Below, piece by piece: positions 7,714 to 16,536 of a stretch of DNA of 46,221 nt; position 1 is the stretch's first letter; each line of letters opens with the position of its first letter. Position numbers and translations under genes: made by a program. Origin of the DNA: Candidatus Yonathbacteria bacterium CG_4_8_14_3_um_filter_46_25 (GTDB lineage Bacteria; Patescibacteriota; Minisyncoccia; Phycocordibacterales; UBA1539). Under the pieces are notes generated by a model. The model did not search any database and had not been told where the DNA came from. It saw only the letters and a program-made list of their open reading frames with translations. The stretch spans positions 1 to 46,221 of the forward strand of contig PFQT01000040.1 of assembly GCA_002788135.1 (NCBI GenBank), written 5' to 3'.

Positions 7714-10700
7714 TACGAGGGCGAATTCGTTTAGGTGGCGAATAATCGGCGGAATACTTATTGTTTCGCTTCTTTCGATACGTTTTCCGATGCCAATTGT
7801 GCTTGCCGACGATGCGAACGATCAGACGGCAGTCGTTGATACCGTTGACCAAAGCAATGATGCGCCACTCGCGAAGACCGCGTCGGAAACATCGGCAATC
7901 ATTGAGACGGGCAACGCGATGAGCGAGGCAGAAATTGCGAATACGGTTAATACAAATACTACCGACACCGATTCCGCTGTCGTCGATGACGATGCATCGT
8001 TTATTCCCGCGGAGGAAGCGGTGGAAACGACGCCGGATATTTCTTCGGATACAATACCAACCGAAGATACCGCCTCCGTATCTTCACTTTCCGACGAGAG
8101 TGCCGAAACATCACCCGAATCGCCGGACAATAATACCGTTGTAAGCAACGAAAACGACGCGATTCTGGAAAATACAGTTGAGTCGAGTGCGCAGACCGGG
8201 GGCAATGAAGCATCCGGCGCGGGCATAAGTTCCGTCACTACCGGTAATGCGTTCGCCGGAGCGAATATTATCAATGTCATCAACACAAACGTACTCAATT
8301 CAACGGGTCTTTTGCTTCTCTTGAATAATTTCTTCAACGTTACGGACGACTTTGATCTCCGAAATATTTATTTTCCTTCCACGAGCGCCGATCCAGTTAT
8401 CGAGAATTCGGAAGGCGCATTTGAAGCGGAAGATGAGCCGTGCGATCCCGATGTGTGCGCGCAAAGCTCTACAATCGCCTCCAAGAATATCAACACCGCG
8501 CAGATTATAAATGATGTCGTGGTTCGGGCAAATACGGGGCAAAACATGGCAACAAGCGATAACGCGACCATTGATACCGGAAACGCTTATGTGGGGGCAA
8601 ATGTGGTGAATATCGCCAATACCAATATTGTTGACTCAAATTATCTTATTCTCGAGATCAACAATTTTGATGATTGGTTTGGAGACTTCGTGTTCCCGTC
8701 GAGCGGCGCTCTTAACGGTTTATTCGGTTTTGGAAATAGTAACGCCGCGGAGCAAGATGAAGACACGGCGAATATCAGCAATGCCAACGATGCCATCGTG
8801 ACAAATAATGTCACGACAAATGCTTTGACTGGCGGAAACGAGATCACCGGCGCTGGCGACGGGTCAGATGTACGGACTGGAAACGCTGTTGCTTCGGCGA
8901 ATATTGAAAATATAGTCAATCAAAATATTTTTAACACTGATTCATTTTTGGTTATTTTTAGAATTCATGGGAACTGGATCGGCAATATCTTCGGTTCACC
9001 AAACGGACTCGCATGGCAAGAAACTCCGGGTGGAATAATGCTCTTTAATGGAGATTTCTCCGAGAACAGTGCGAATAGCAAGAAAAACGCCGTTACTAAT
9101 GTAAATAATGATGTAAAAAACAACAATCTCGCGAATATCACCAATAATGTCAATGTTTATGCTCTGACTGGCGATAATAAGGTCGCTGGCGCGAATAGTT
9201 TGATCAATACGGGAAACGCCTACGCGGCCGCGAATATTGTCAACGTCGCAAACGCGAATATTGTCGGAAAGAATTGGGTTTTGGCAATCGTGAACATATT
9301 TGGAAATTGGACCGGCAATGTCGCCTTTGGGAAGCCCGACCTGTGGATTGGCGGTATGGTGGAAACCAAAAAATATCCCGTTGATCCCGGAACATGGATG
9401 AAATACCGTTTTACCGTGGTTAACCGAGGCGACGCGGATGCAACTGATGTATCAGTTATAGACACACTCGACCTGCGTCATCTGAAATATCGCAAGCCCG
9501 CCAACGCTGAATTGCGCGGCGACACTATCGTGTGGCATATAGGCACTATAGTGCCCGGCGGGACAGTTGAGCTTGAGCTTGATGCGCAGGTTACGAGCGG
9601 TAATATTCCAAACGGCACCATGACGATAGATAACACAGTAACCGCAACAAGCGCGGAAAATGACCAAAATAATGCGGATAATAGAGAGATGGTAATCTTT
9701 GATGTGTACAAACCATCCGCTATAAGCTGGACTGATGTGATTCTTACGCCTGATCCGCACTTATTCGTAGTAAAAACGAATAACACCACTGGTCCCATAA
9801 CGGCAAGCAGTACGGTTGATTACACCATCACGATAAAAAATAAAGGTGGGAGCGCATACCACTCAGTAGTGGTTGATACACTAAAAAACGAAAAAGGTGA
9901 TGTTATTAATGAGGAGGTATGGGATCTTGGTGAAATAGTTCCGAATGAAGAGATAACCGTTGATTATTCGATATTTTTCACTGCAAGCACCACGCCGGGA
10001 GGATATACAAACACAGCACAAGTACACGCGATCGGACGCAATGCCTCTCTTGATCCGTTTTATGGGTGGTTTGCGGATTCAGAAGTAACTACCAGTACTA
10101 TTACCATCCTTGGAAACCCGCCTATGACGTTTTTTGGAGAGACTCCATGGAGCAATGCTACCTCTGTCGTTATGGAGAACGCAACGCCGCCAACTCGTTC
10201 AATTATTGCGCAGAACACTATTTTGACCAAGAATATTAACAGTACCTACGCATTGCTCGAGAAACCTTTCCGTGGCATTCAAGTTATGAAAGGAGATAGC
10301 GCTACTATCGAAGATGGCGGGAACGACGAAATATCCGTTACGGAATTTGACCCGAGCGAGGTGTGCTCGCTTGAGAAGCCCGATCCGAGACCAAACTCAT
10401 TCGCTGATCTTATGCTCGCGCTCGGACTTGGCGATCTGGCAAAAGGCGACGGTGGTGGTACCAATGGCGCATTCGTATATCTCGCGTTGACATATTTGAT
10501 ACTCTATCTCCTCTACTCGACATACCGGGAAGAGGCGCACAGGCGGCTATTCTATGACCTTGACTCTCCGCAGGGGATAGCCGCTCTGTTCGCGAATGGC
10601 ACGACACTCGCTTATATCATTGCAAGTATCACGGGAATTACCGAAGCGCTTACTCCACTCGTGATGATAAATATCATGCTTATTTCAACCGTCTTTTTTT

Positions 10701-10774
10701 TCAACTATCACGACGAATTGTCGCGCTACTTCTCAAGGATGGCGGCATTCGTAAGGTTTACCAGCTTTCTTTAG
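7688..10774 (+). CDS. Large anchored surface protein (P3): acidic Ser/Thr-rich linker, four repeat modules, two DUF11/CARDB-like domains, C-terminal multi-TM region
   Basis: N-terminal anchor. There are four copies of N.A.I.N.V...A.TG.N...G...TGNA.A.ANI.N..NTNI....L.L..N.F..W.G...F (about aa 155-550) plus a half copy at aa 73-92. VVNRGDADATDVSVIDTLD and ITIKNKGGSAYHSVVVDTL are conserved-repeat (DUF11-like) signatures. The last ~150 aa contain hydrophobic helices. Confidence 0.8.
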   Translation: MFFHSLTRNTRANSFRWRIIGGILIVSLLSIRFPMPIVLADDANDQTAVVDTVDQSNDAPLAKTASETSAIIETGNAMSEAEIANTVNTNTTDTDSAVVDDDASFIPAEEAVETTPDISSDTIPTEDTASVSSLSDESAETSPESPDNNTVVSNENDAILENTVESSAQTGGNEASGAGISSVTTGNAFAGANIINVINTNVLNSTGLLLLLNNFFNVTDDFDLRNIYFPSTSADPVIENSEGAFEAEDEPCDPDVCAQSSTIASKNINTAQIINDVVVRANTGQNMATSDNATIDTGNAYVGANVVNIANTNIVDSNYLILEINNFDDWFGDFVFPSSGALNGLFGFGNSNAAEQDEDTANISNANDAIVTNNVTTNALTGGNEITGAGDGSDVRTGNAVASANIENIVNQNIFNTDSFLVIFRIHGNWIGNIFGSPNGLAWQETPGGIMLFNGDFSENSANSKKNAVTNVNNDVKNNNLANITNNVNVYALTGDNKVAGANSLINTGNAYAAANIVNVANANIVGKNWVLAIVNIFGNWTGNVAFGKPDLWIGGMVETKKYPVDPGTWMKYRFTVVNRGDADATDVSVIDTLDLRHLKYRKPANAELRGDTIVWHIGTIVPGGTVELELDAQVTSGNIPNGTMTIDNTVTATSAENDQNNADNREMVIFDVYKPSAISWTDVILTPDPHLFVVKTNNTTGPITASSTVDYTITIKNKGGSAYHSVVVDTLKNEKGDVINEEVWDLGEIVPNEEITVDYSIFFTASTTPGGYTNTAQVHAIGRNASLDPFYGWFADSEVTTSTITILGNPPMTFFGETPWSNATSVVMENATPPTRSIIAQNTILTKNINSTYALLEKPFRGIQVMKGDSATIEDGGNDEISVTEFDPSEVCSLEKPDPRPNSFADLMLALGLGDLAKGDGGGTNGAFVYLALTYLILYLLYSTYREEAHRRLFYDLDSPQGIAALFANGTTLAYIIASITGITEALTPLVMINIMLISTVFFFNYHDELSRYFSRMAAFVRFTSFL

Positions 10775-11166
10775 TAAATAATCCTTTTCTTAAAGCAAAA
10801 AGTTGTCCTTATCGCTTCGTTGTTTACACTCGAAAGCATGGAAAGTGACGAGGGATGGGCTATCGCGGAACCGTGAAGCAAAACGCCCATCAATCTTGAA
10901 AATGTACGCAAGCACGCGCCAAAAGCCGTGAATTTTTTCAGACAATGACCCATTTGTTTCATTTGAGAGCAATGGTCTTTTTAAGTAAAAATTCGATATT
11001 ATATCGACTGTCGAACATGAAAAAAACATTTTTACAAAAGAGGAAAGAGTATTCGAAACGCCTTGGCACTTGATGCGATTTTGAAAATTAATTAAAAACA
11101 ATGAAGCATTAAAATACTTCCGAAGAAAAGCACATAAAATCAAATTGGCAACTCGATTTTTCATCA

Positions 11167-11227
11167 AGGACAATTAGTATAGGACAATATATTACGGCTT
11201 TATAAAGCCGTTGCTAGTTGTCCTATA
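11167..11227. promoter_or_regulatory. Nested inverted repeat with three GGACAA half-sites upstream of the TasA-like gene
   Basis: aggacaat occurs at 11167-11174 and 11181-11188. tataggacaa (11178-11187) pairs with ttgtcctata (11218-11227), enclosing the hairpin acggctttataaagccgt (11194-11211). Confidence 0.4.
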
Positions 11228-11355
11228 GGGTGCTATTTGACATCGAAAAAAAAGTATTTTTAAGCTTGTTTCGCGCAGTTGACATGACTGTTCTGGCGGT
11301 TAAAGTTTTATTATCTAGTGTGGTTGAATAGCTTGACGCGCTAGGATGAACCAAT

Positions 11356-13464
11356 ATGAATAAACACCACGCAGCAAAAATTTTTTCAAAGATACTGATA
11401 GCAGTCTTGTCGATCGGAATCAACTTGGGAACTTTCGGGAATATCGCTTTTGCCGATTTCGATGAAACAGCCACTGAAAGCTCGGCGGGGAATGTCATCG
11501 GAGCCGGAACACTTGATCTTGGTCTGGTTGCCACATTGTCTCCGTGGGTATTCGATCGATCCACCGGAACGACCACAGCGGAAAAAACGATCGGCATCGC
11601 ATCTTTTGGAACTTTGCCGTTCCAATACAACGCTTCGACCACTGTTTCGGCGGAGTGTATTGGGATTGACGCGGAGATCCGCCTAACTGGCCAAACGATA
11701 TATTCCGGTGCTCTTGAAAATGCGACCACTTCTGCGACGACCACACCCGGAGATATTTCATTATTGTTAACGCTTCCCATCGGGTATGAACAGGGCGTGG
11801 CATGTTCATTTGATGTTGATTTTCGCGCGTGGCAGACAAACGTTGGGAATTATGGTGAAAATGGTTTTTCTGACGCGGCTTCACTCAACGAGCGAGTGTC
11901 GGAAAGTTCGGTAATGATCAATAAGGTTTACTACGATGTAAACACGGAGTATGGCACGGAAGCGAACGAGTGGATCGAGCTCCGCAATAACGCGTCATCC
12001 ACCGTTGATATCTCCGGATGGCGACTGTGCGACAACGTTTCATGTGACGAACTGCCCGAAGGATCATACATTACCGGTTTCGGACACACGCTTGTTTCCG
12101 CGACAAGCGCTACATGGCAATACTGGAATATTCCCGACAATTTTGCGAAAATCGTAATCGACGATAGCAAGATAGGGAATGGTCTTGGCAATGCCGGTGA
12201 TATTTTGACGCTCGAGAGATCAGATGCCACGGTCGTTGACGCGATGAACTGGGGCACCGATACAAGCTATTGGAACCCAGGGATTCCCCTTGTTCTTGGT
12301 GAGGGGTACGCGCTTGGCCGAATAACGAATGTTGACACGGATACCGCGTCTGATTTTAAGGAAATGGCTCCGCCGACTGTCGACCTTTTGAGTCCGGACG
12401 AAGCCGATGATAGTAGGTTTTGGTATTGGGGTCAGTCTTATGCGATTACCTGGAACGCCGATAATCTTCACGGGAGTAACGAGGATCTCTCAATTGATCT
12501 GTATTACATCAAAGATGAAAATCATAACCAAGTTATCGACAACGCTGATACTATACATGTCATAGCAGACAACATTGCCAATAGCGGAGCATACGACTGG
12601 ACAGTTCCGAGTGGGTTTGTGGGATATATCTGGGTAAGGGTTGTCGCGACGGCTCCGGAAAATCCGATGCTCTCAAGCCAAACAACCAGTGGAAAGATAT
12701 ATGACCCATTCCCGACGAAAATGTGGGAGAATGACCCGGATGGCGTCATAGATATGATTATTGCGGATACGGCAGACGAGGGGAAAGTCGTGCTTTCCGA
12801 CACCGTTGACCGGCTAGAAACTGTTGGCTCTGTGGCAGACGCAGATGAAGAATTAGCGGAGGACGAGGTGGTGCCATATAACCATAACATTGAAATAAAC
12901 CGGAACGATGGTGAGTTTGTATCAGGCGAGATTAGCCAGACACTGGAAATGTCAACAACGTCAATAGAGAGCGAAGAAAACGAAATTGAAACAGTGGCAG
13001 AAGAGCCCGTTCTCGACCAAGCAGATACTATAACGACAGATGTCAGCGCCGACAGCGTTCTTTCTGAAAGCGGTAATATGAATGAAAAATCAACACCAGA
13101 GACTGTAATAAATACGGAAGACGTTAAAACAGAGCAGGATGACAAGATAACCGATGATGAAGTTGTGTTGGAGATAAAGGTAATAGTTCATGGTGAGACT
13201 GACGTGGCGGTAATACAGGAAATGGGCGAAGGCGATGCGGTGCTTTCTGTCGCTGAAGTTGACACGATAGTGCAAGGTAATCGCGCTGATAGAGATACCG
13301 CAAAAGAAATAGTTGATAATTATGTTGATGTTCGTACTATACCGGTCACTCTGGAGCCGGCAGACATGATAGTCACTGATATTCTGTTACATACTTTCGA
13401 TAATGATGGCGATAATCAAACTACGACGGAAGAATTTGTGGAAACGTCGCAAGCGCCACGGTAA
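11356..13464 (+). CDS. TasA/camelysin-like protein (P4) with SipW-type leader, lamin-tail domain, Kre9/KNH-like domain and acidic tail
   Basis: KILIAVLSIGINLGTFGNIAFADFDETATESSAGNVIGAGTLDLGL resembles the TasA/CalY leader plus AGTLDL strand. The domain ends CSFDVDFRAWQTN (compare TasA FSFEATQWNG). The LTD signature is INKVYYDV...ANEWIELRNNASSTVDISGWRLCD...GDILTLER. WYWGQSYAITWN...IANSGAYDWTVP is Kre9-like. Confidence 0.7.
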   Translation: MNKHHAAKIFSKILIAVLSIGINLGTFGNIAFADFDETATESSAGNVIGAGTLDLGLVATLSPWVFDRSTGTTTAEKTIGIASFGTLPFQYNASTTVSAECIGIDAEIRLTGQTIYSGALENATTSATTTPGDISLLLTLPIGYEQGVACSFDVDFRAWQTNVGNYGENGFSDAASLNERVSESSVMINKVYYDVNTEYGTEANEWIELRNNASSTVDISGWRLCDNVSCDELPEGSYITGFGHTLVSATSATWQYWNIPDNFAKIVIDDSKIGNGLGNAGDILTLERSDATVVDAMNWGTDTSYWNPGIPLVLGEGYALGRITNVDTDTASDFKEMAPPTVDLLSPDEADDSRFWYWGQSYAITWNADNLHGSNEDLSIDLYYIKDENHNQVIDNADTIHVIADNIANSGAYDWTVPSGFVGYIWVRVVATAPENPMLSSQTTSGKIYDPFPTKMWENDPDGVIDMIIADTADEGKVVLSDTVDRLETVGSVADADEELAEDEVVPYNHNIEINRNDGEFVSGEISQTLEMSTTSIESEENEIETVAEEPVLDQADTITTDVSADSVLSESGNMNEKSTPETVINTEDVKTEQDDKITDDEVVLEIKVIVHGETDVAVIQEMGEGDAVLSVAEVDTIVQGNRADRDTAKEIVDNYVDVRTIPVTLEPADMIVTDILLHTFDNDGDNQTTTEEFVETSQAPR

Positions 13465-13473
13465 ATATTATTT

Positions 13474-14814
13474 ATGAAAAAAACACCATTTAAACTATTT
13501 ATATCGTCATCTCTTCTTGTGATTGGCATGTTGACGCTTGGAGTATCTCTCGTCCATGCCCAGAGTATTGATGTTAGTTTCGGGAATGAGCCATTCTTTA
13601 ACGACCTTAATCTAGCTCCCGGAGAAAGCATCGCGCGCTATATTGATGTCGCCAATCTCGGAACCACAACCCGACAAGTGATCGTGCGCGGCACTTCAAC
13701 TGACGCGTGTTCCGATGTGTGTATTGGAGATAAACTTTCTTTCGAGATACACGAGGCGACGAGTACTCCGTTCAACGATACGGTTGCCACATTTTTAAAC
13801 GCGGGAGAGATCGTGCTTGGCACTATCGCACCGGGCGACGTGGCGCATTATGACCTTACCGCCACGCTTGATTTGTCTACGGGTAATAGCTACCAAGGAC
13901 GTTCAATCTCGTTTGATCTCGTTATCGGTTTTAGTACTGTCGATTTAAGCGGCGACAATGGTAGCGGCGACACGGGAGATGACTCCGGTTCGGGTGGAAG
14001 CGGAGATGGTAATAGCGGCGGTGATTCAGGCGAAGACGGTATGGGCGGAAGCCAAGAAAATGTTATTCTCTCACAAGGTGGTGGTGGAGGCGGTAATGGT
14101 CCAATCGTTATCAGTGAGAACCTTCTCATAACCAATGAACATATCAGTGATATTAACATTGCGAACGGCACCGCGGTCATTGTATGGAATACTAATCGTC
14201 CCGCCACAAGCCAGGTGGTGTTTGGGAATGCTTCGGAAGGTCCGTACAGTATTAATATAACACAGCAAAACTTTGGTTATGCGCATTCAACCATCGAAAA
14301 TCCGAACAGAACGACCACGCATATTGTTATTGTTGCCGGTCTCAAATCGGGTGAAAAATACAGCTATCGCGTCGTTTCTCGTGAGAATACTTCGATACCG
14401 ACATTGAGCCAAGAGCATCAATTCATTTTTTCCGAAAACGGATTAGAGATCGTTTCCGGCAGCGGATCAGATGGAAGCGGAATGGGTGGTTCGTTTGAAA
14501 GCGCAATCGTTCCTCCGGGCAACGATAACCGGACTCCTGGGTTGGGAAACGAAGGCGCTTACGACACTACCACTCCGATTGAAAGCGATACAAACGGAAA
14601 TGGAGAAAAATTCACGGTTATGGGAATGACGGCTAGTGGTATCTTGGGAGGTCTTGCCGCGGCGCTCTTTGCCTTGGAACAACTGCCTGGATGGGCTCTC
14701 TGGTTTATCATACTTATTGCCATTATTATCATTTCGTATATCACCAGGCAGTATTGGCAACCCTACCTCGTAGGCGATGATTTGAACAGTTCAAAAGATA
14801 TCCCTAAAAAATAA
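13474..14814 (+). CDS. Second TasA/camelysin-like protein (P5) with Gly/Ser/Asp linker, FN3-like domain and C-terminal TM anchor
   Basis: Sec signal peptide. LNLAPGESIARYIDVANLG and GNSYQGRSISFDLVIGF parallel TasA NLKPGD... and NKYQGNSIKLQFSF. TAVIVWNTNRPATSQVVFG...GEKYSYRVVS is FN3-like. The C-terminus is LWFIILIAIIIISYI. Confidence 0.6.
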   Translation: MKKTPFKLFISSSLLVIGMLTLGVSLVHAQSIDVSFGNEPFFNDLNLAPGESIARYIDVANLGTTTRQVIVRGTSTDACSDVCIGDKLSFEIHEATSTPFNDTVATFLNAGEIVLGTIAPGDVAHYDLTATLDLSTGNSYQGRSISFDLVIGFSTVDLSGDNGSGDTGDDSGSGGSGDGNSGGDSGEDGMGGSQENVILSQGGGGGGNGPIVISENLLITNEHISDINIANGTAVIVWNTNRPATSQVVFGNASEGPYSINITQQNFGYAHSTIENPNRTTTHIVIVAGLKSGEKYSYRVVSRENTSIPTLSQEHQFIFSENGLEIVSGSGSDGSGMGGSFESAIVPPGNDNRTPGLGNEGAYDTTTPIESDTNGNGEKFTVMGMTASGILGGLAAALFALEQLPGWALWFIILIAIIIISYITRQYWQPYLVGDDLNSSKDIPKK

Positions 14815-14826
14815 CGAGTCGGGAGC

Positions 14827-14855
14827 TTGCGCGATCAAGAACATTAGGGTATTAT
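14827..14855 (+). promoter_or_regulatory. Promoter candidate for rplU (TTGCGC-17-TATTAT)
   Basis: The -10 ends 10 nt before ATG 14866, so the leader is very short or absent. Confidence 0.45.
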
Positions 14856-14865
14856 ACACGACAAT

Positions 14866-15195
14866 ATGAATGTGGATTTTGCGGTAATAGAAACCGGTGG
14901 AAAGCAGTATAAGGTTTTTACAGGCACCGCCTTAACTACCGAGAAACTTCCCGGAGATTATAAAAAAGGAGACACGGTGGTCTTTGACAAGGTACTCCTT
15001 TTCGATGACGGAAAAAAGACCGTTCTCGGGACTCCCTATATCAAAGGCGCAAAAATTGAAGCGGCTTTTGAGGAAACAGGAAAAAAGCGTAAGGTAACAG
15101 TAATAAAATACAAACAAAAAAGCAGGTATTTCAAGAAGCGGGGACACCGGCAACCATATTCAAAAGTAACGATCGCGTCTGTCAGCGCGGCTTAA
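14866..15195 (+). CDS. rplU: 50S ribosomal protein L21
   Basis: FAVIETGGKQYKV...VVFDKVLL...KVTVIKYKQKSRYFKKRGHRQPYSKV. Confidence 0.95.
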   Translation: MNVDFAVIETGGKQYKVFTGTALTTEKLPGDYKKGDTVVFDKVLLFDDGKKTVLGTPYIKGAKIEAAFEETGKKRKVTVIKYKQKSRYFKKRGHRQPYSKVTIASVSAA

Positions 15196-15213
15196 AGCAT
15201 TGTATCATTCTCT

Positions 15214-15249
15214 AAAAAAGACCAACCGTATTATACGGTCGGTCTTTTT
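15214..15249. terminator. Bidirectional intrinsic terminator between rplU and the convergent orphan gene
   Basis: aaaaaagaccaaccgta tta tacggtcggtcttttt. The stem is flanked by an A-run and a T-run. Confidence 0.8.
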
Positions 15250-15255
15250 AACGTT

Positions 15256-15711
15256 CTATTCGATGTCGATGTCGATGTCGGCGCACTCCACCACATTTCC
15301 GCACCCGTCGAATAGGATAACTCCATCGGTGTTGACGTTCACGAGCGCCGTAAGCGCCTTGTCGGCGTAATGCGTCGAAACGCGAAGTCGTCCCCTGCCC
15401 AGAAACACCTCTCCGTCCAGAGAAACAACCCGCTCCTGCTTTGCCACGAGTATAAATTCCCTTGATGGAATTTCTTCCATACTCAAGCCCAAACTGCAGA
15501 TGACGCGGACAAGTCCGTCACCTTTGACCTCTGCGCACATCTTTGTGCCGGCATAGGGGAGCAATCGCTGATGCCAACACGCATAGAATGCCCACGGCAC
15601 AGCCGTGTAACTGGTCGGGATGGTTCCCCACAGCGAGATCGGACCATCCTTACACATTTCGGCAACACCCGCATCCTTCTGTACAACAGCAATACTTGGG
15701 GAGATGCTCAT
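15256..15711 (-). CDS. Hypothetical protein, GC-rich orphan
   Basis: ORF with about 58% G+C on hand-counted lines and no recognised family. The start is taken at MSISPS (the ORF opens at 15744). Confidence 0.45.
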   Translation of the reverse strand: MSISPSIAVVQKDAGVAEMCKDGPISLWGTIPTSYTAVPWAFYACWHQRLLPYAGTKMCAEVKGDGLVRVICSLGLSMEEIPSREFILVAKQERVVSLDGEVFLGRGRLRVSTHYADKALTALVNVNTDGVILFDGCGNVVECADIDIDIE

Positions 15712-15881
15712 CTGGTCCTCCTGGGATCGGGTTGAACAACACAAATTATCCTGCCGACAATGTAGGATGAATAAGCAATTCTGTCAAGGTTTTGCGAAAG
15801 TAATCCTACCGCCTTTAGCCGTTTCAGATTTTAACCGCCAGATTATTACTCAAGTCGATGTCGAGACGTGAGAAAAAGGTA

Positions 15882-16508
15882 TTATCCTCTATTTTTAAGA
15901 GCGTTTTTGAGTGTTTCGTCGTCAGAATATTCAAGTTCGGTACCAGTTGAAAGTCCACGTCCCAGTGTTGATACTTTAAGCCGGTTTTTTGTGATGAACG
16001 GTTCAAGTATTTTTTGTATATAGAGAGTTGTGTTCTCGCCTTCCGTGGTCGCTGAAATGGCCAAAATGACCTCAAGCGAGGTGTTTTTTGCAGAAATGGT
16101 GTTAATACGCGCAACCAACTCCGCCGCTCTCACACGCTCTTTGGGAGCCTTGTCGAGAATGGGAATCGTTCCGCCAAGTACGAAAAAAAGCCCATGATAA
16201 ACACCCATTTTCTTGATATTTTCAAGGTCGGTATCTTTTTCAACGACCATAAGTATACTGGTATCGACGTTTGGATCAGTGCATATTTTACATAGCTCTT
16301 GTTGTCCGCGGGTTTCTTTTGGAAAGAAACGATAACAACCAGAGCATTGCCCGACTGATCTTTTGACATCTAAAATAAGCTCGGCGAGTGTTTTCACAAA
16401 TTGATCATCCCGCGAAAGCAAAAAATACACCAATCGTTTCGACTGTCGCGTTCCGATGCCCGGGAATTTTGTGAAATATTCCGCTAGTTTTTCGATAGTA
16501 TTGTTCAT
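15882..16508 (-). CDS. recR: Recombination protein RecR
   Basis: IEKLAEYFTKFPGIGTRQSKRLVYFLL, zinc finger CSGCYRFF...CKICTD, and Toprim block ILMVVEKDTDLENI. The start is taken at ATG 16508, which avoids overlap with dnaB. Confidence 0.9.
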   Translation of the reverse strand: MNNTIEKLAEYFTKFPGIGTRQSKRLVYFLLSRDDQFVKTLAELILDVKRSVGQCSGCYRFFPKETRGQQELCKICTDPNVDTSILMVVEKDTDLENIKKMGVYHGLFFVLGGTIPILDKAPKERVRAAELVARINTISAKNTSLEVILAISATTEGENTTLYIQKILEPFITKNRLKVSTLGRGLSTGTELEYSDDETLKNALKNRG

Positions 16509-16536
16509 AGAAATTGTCTCATGGGGCGGGTTTTTC

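Noticed and set aside
10790-11173. A 127-aa minus-strand ORF in the P3-P4 spacer.
   Set aside because: AT-rich, no recognisable motifs, no start context and opposite to the surrounding operon. Treated as non-coding regulatory spacer.
15262-15283. A (GATGTC)3 microsatellite.
   Set aside because: It lies in the coding 3' end of the 15256 orphan (DIDIDIE) and is too short to call a functional repeat.
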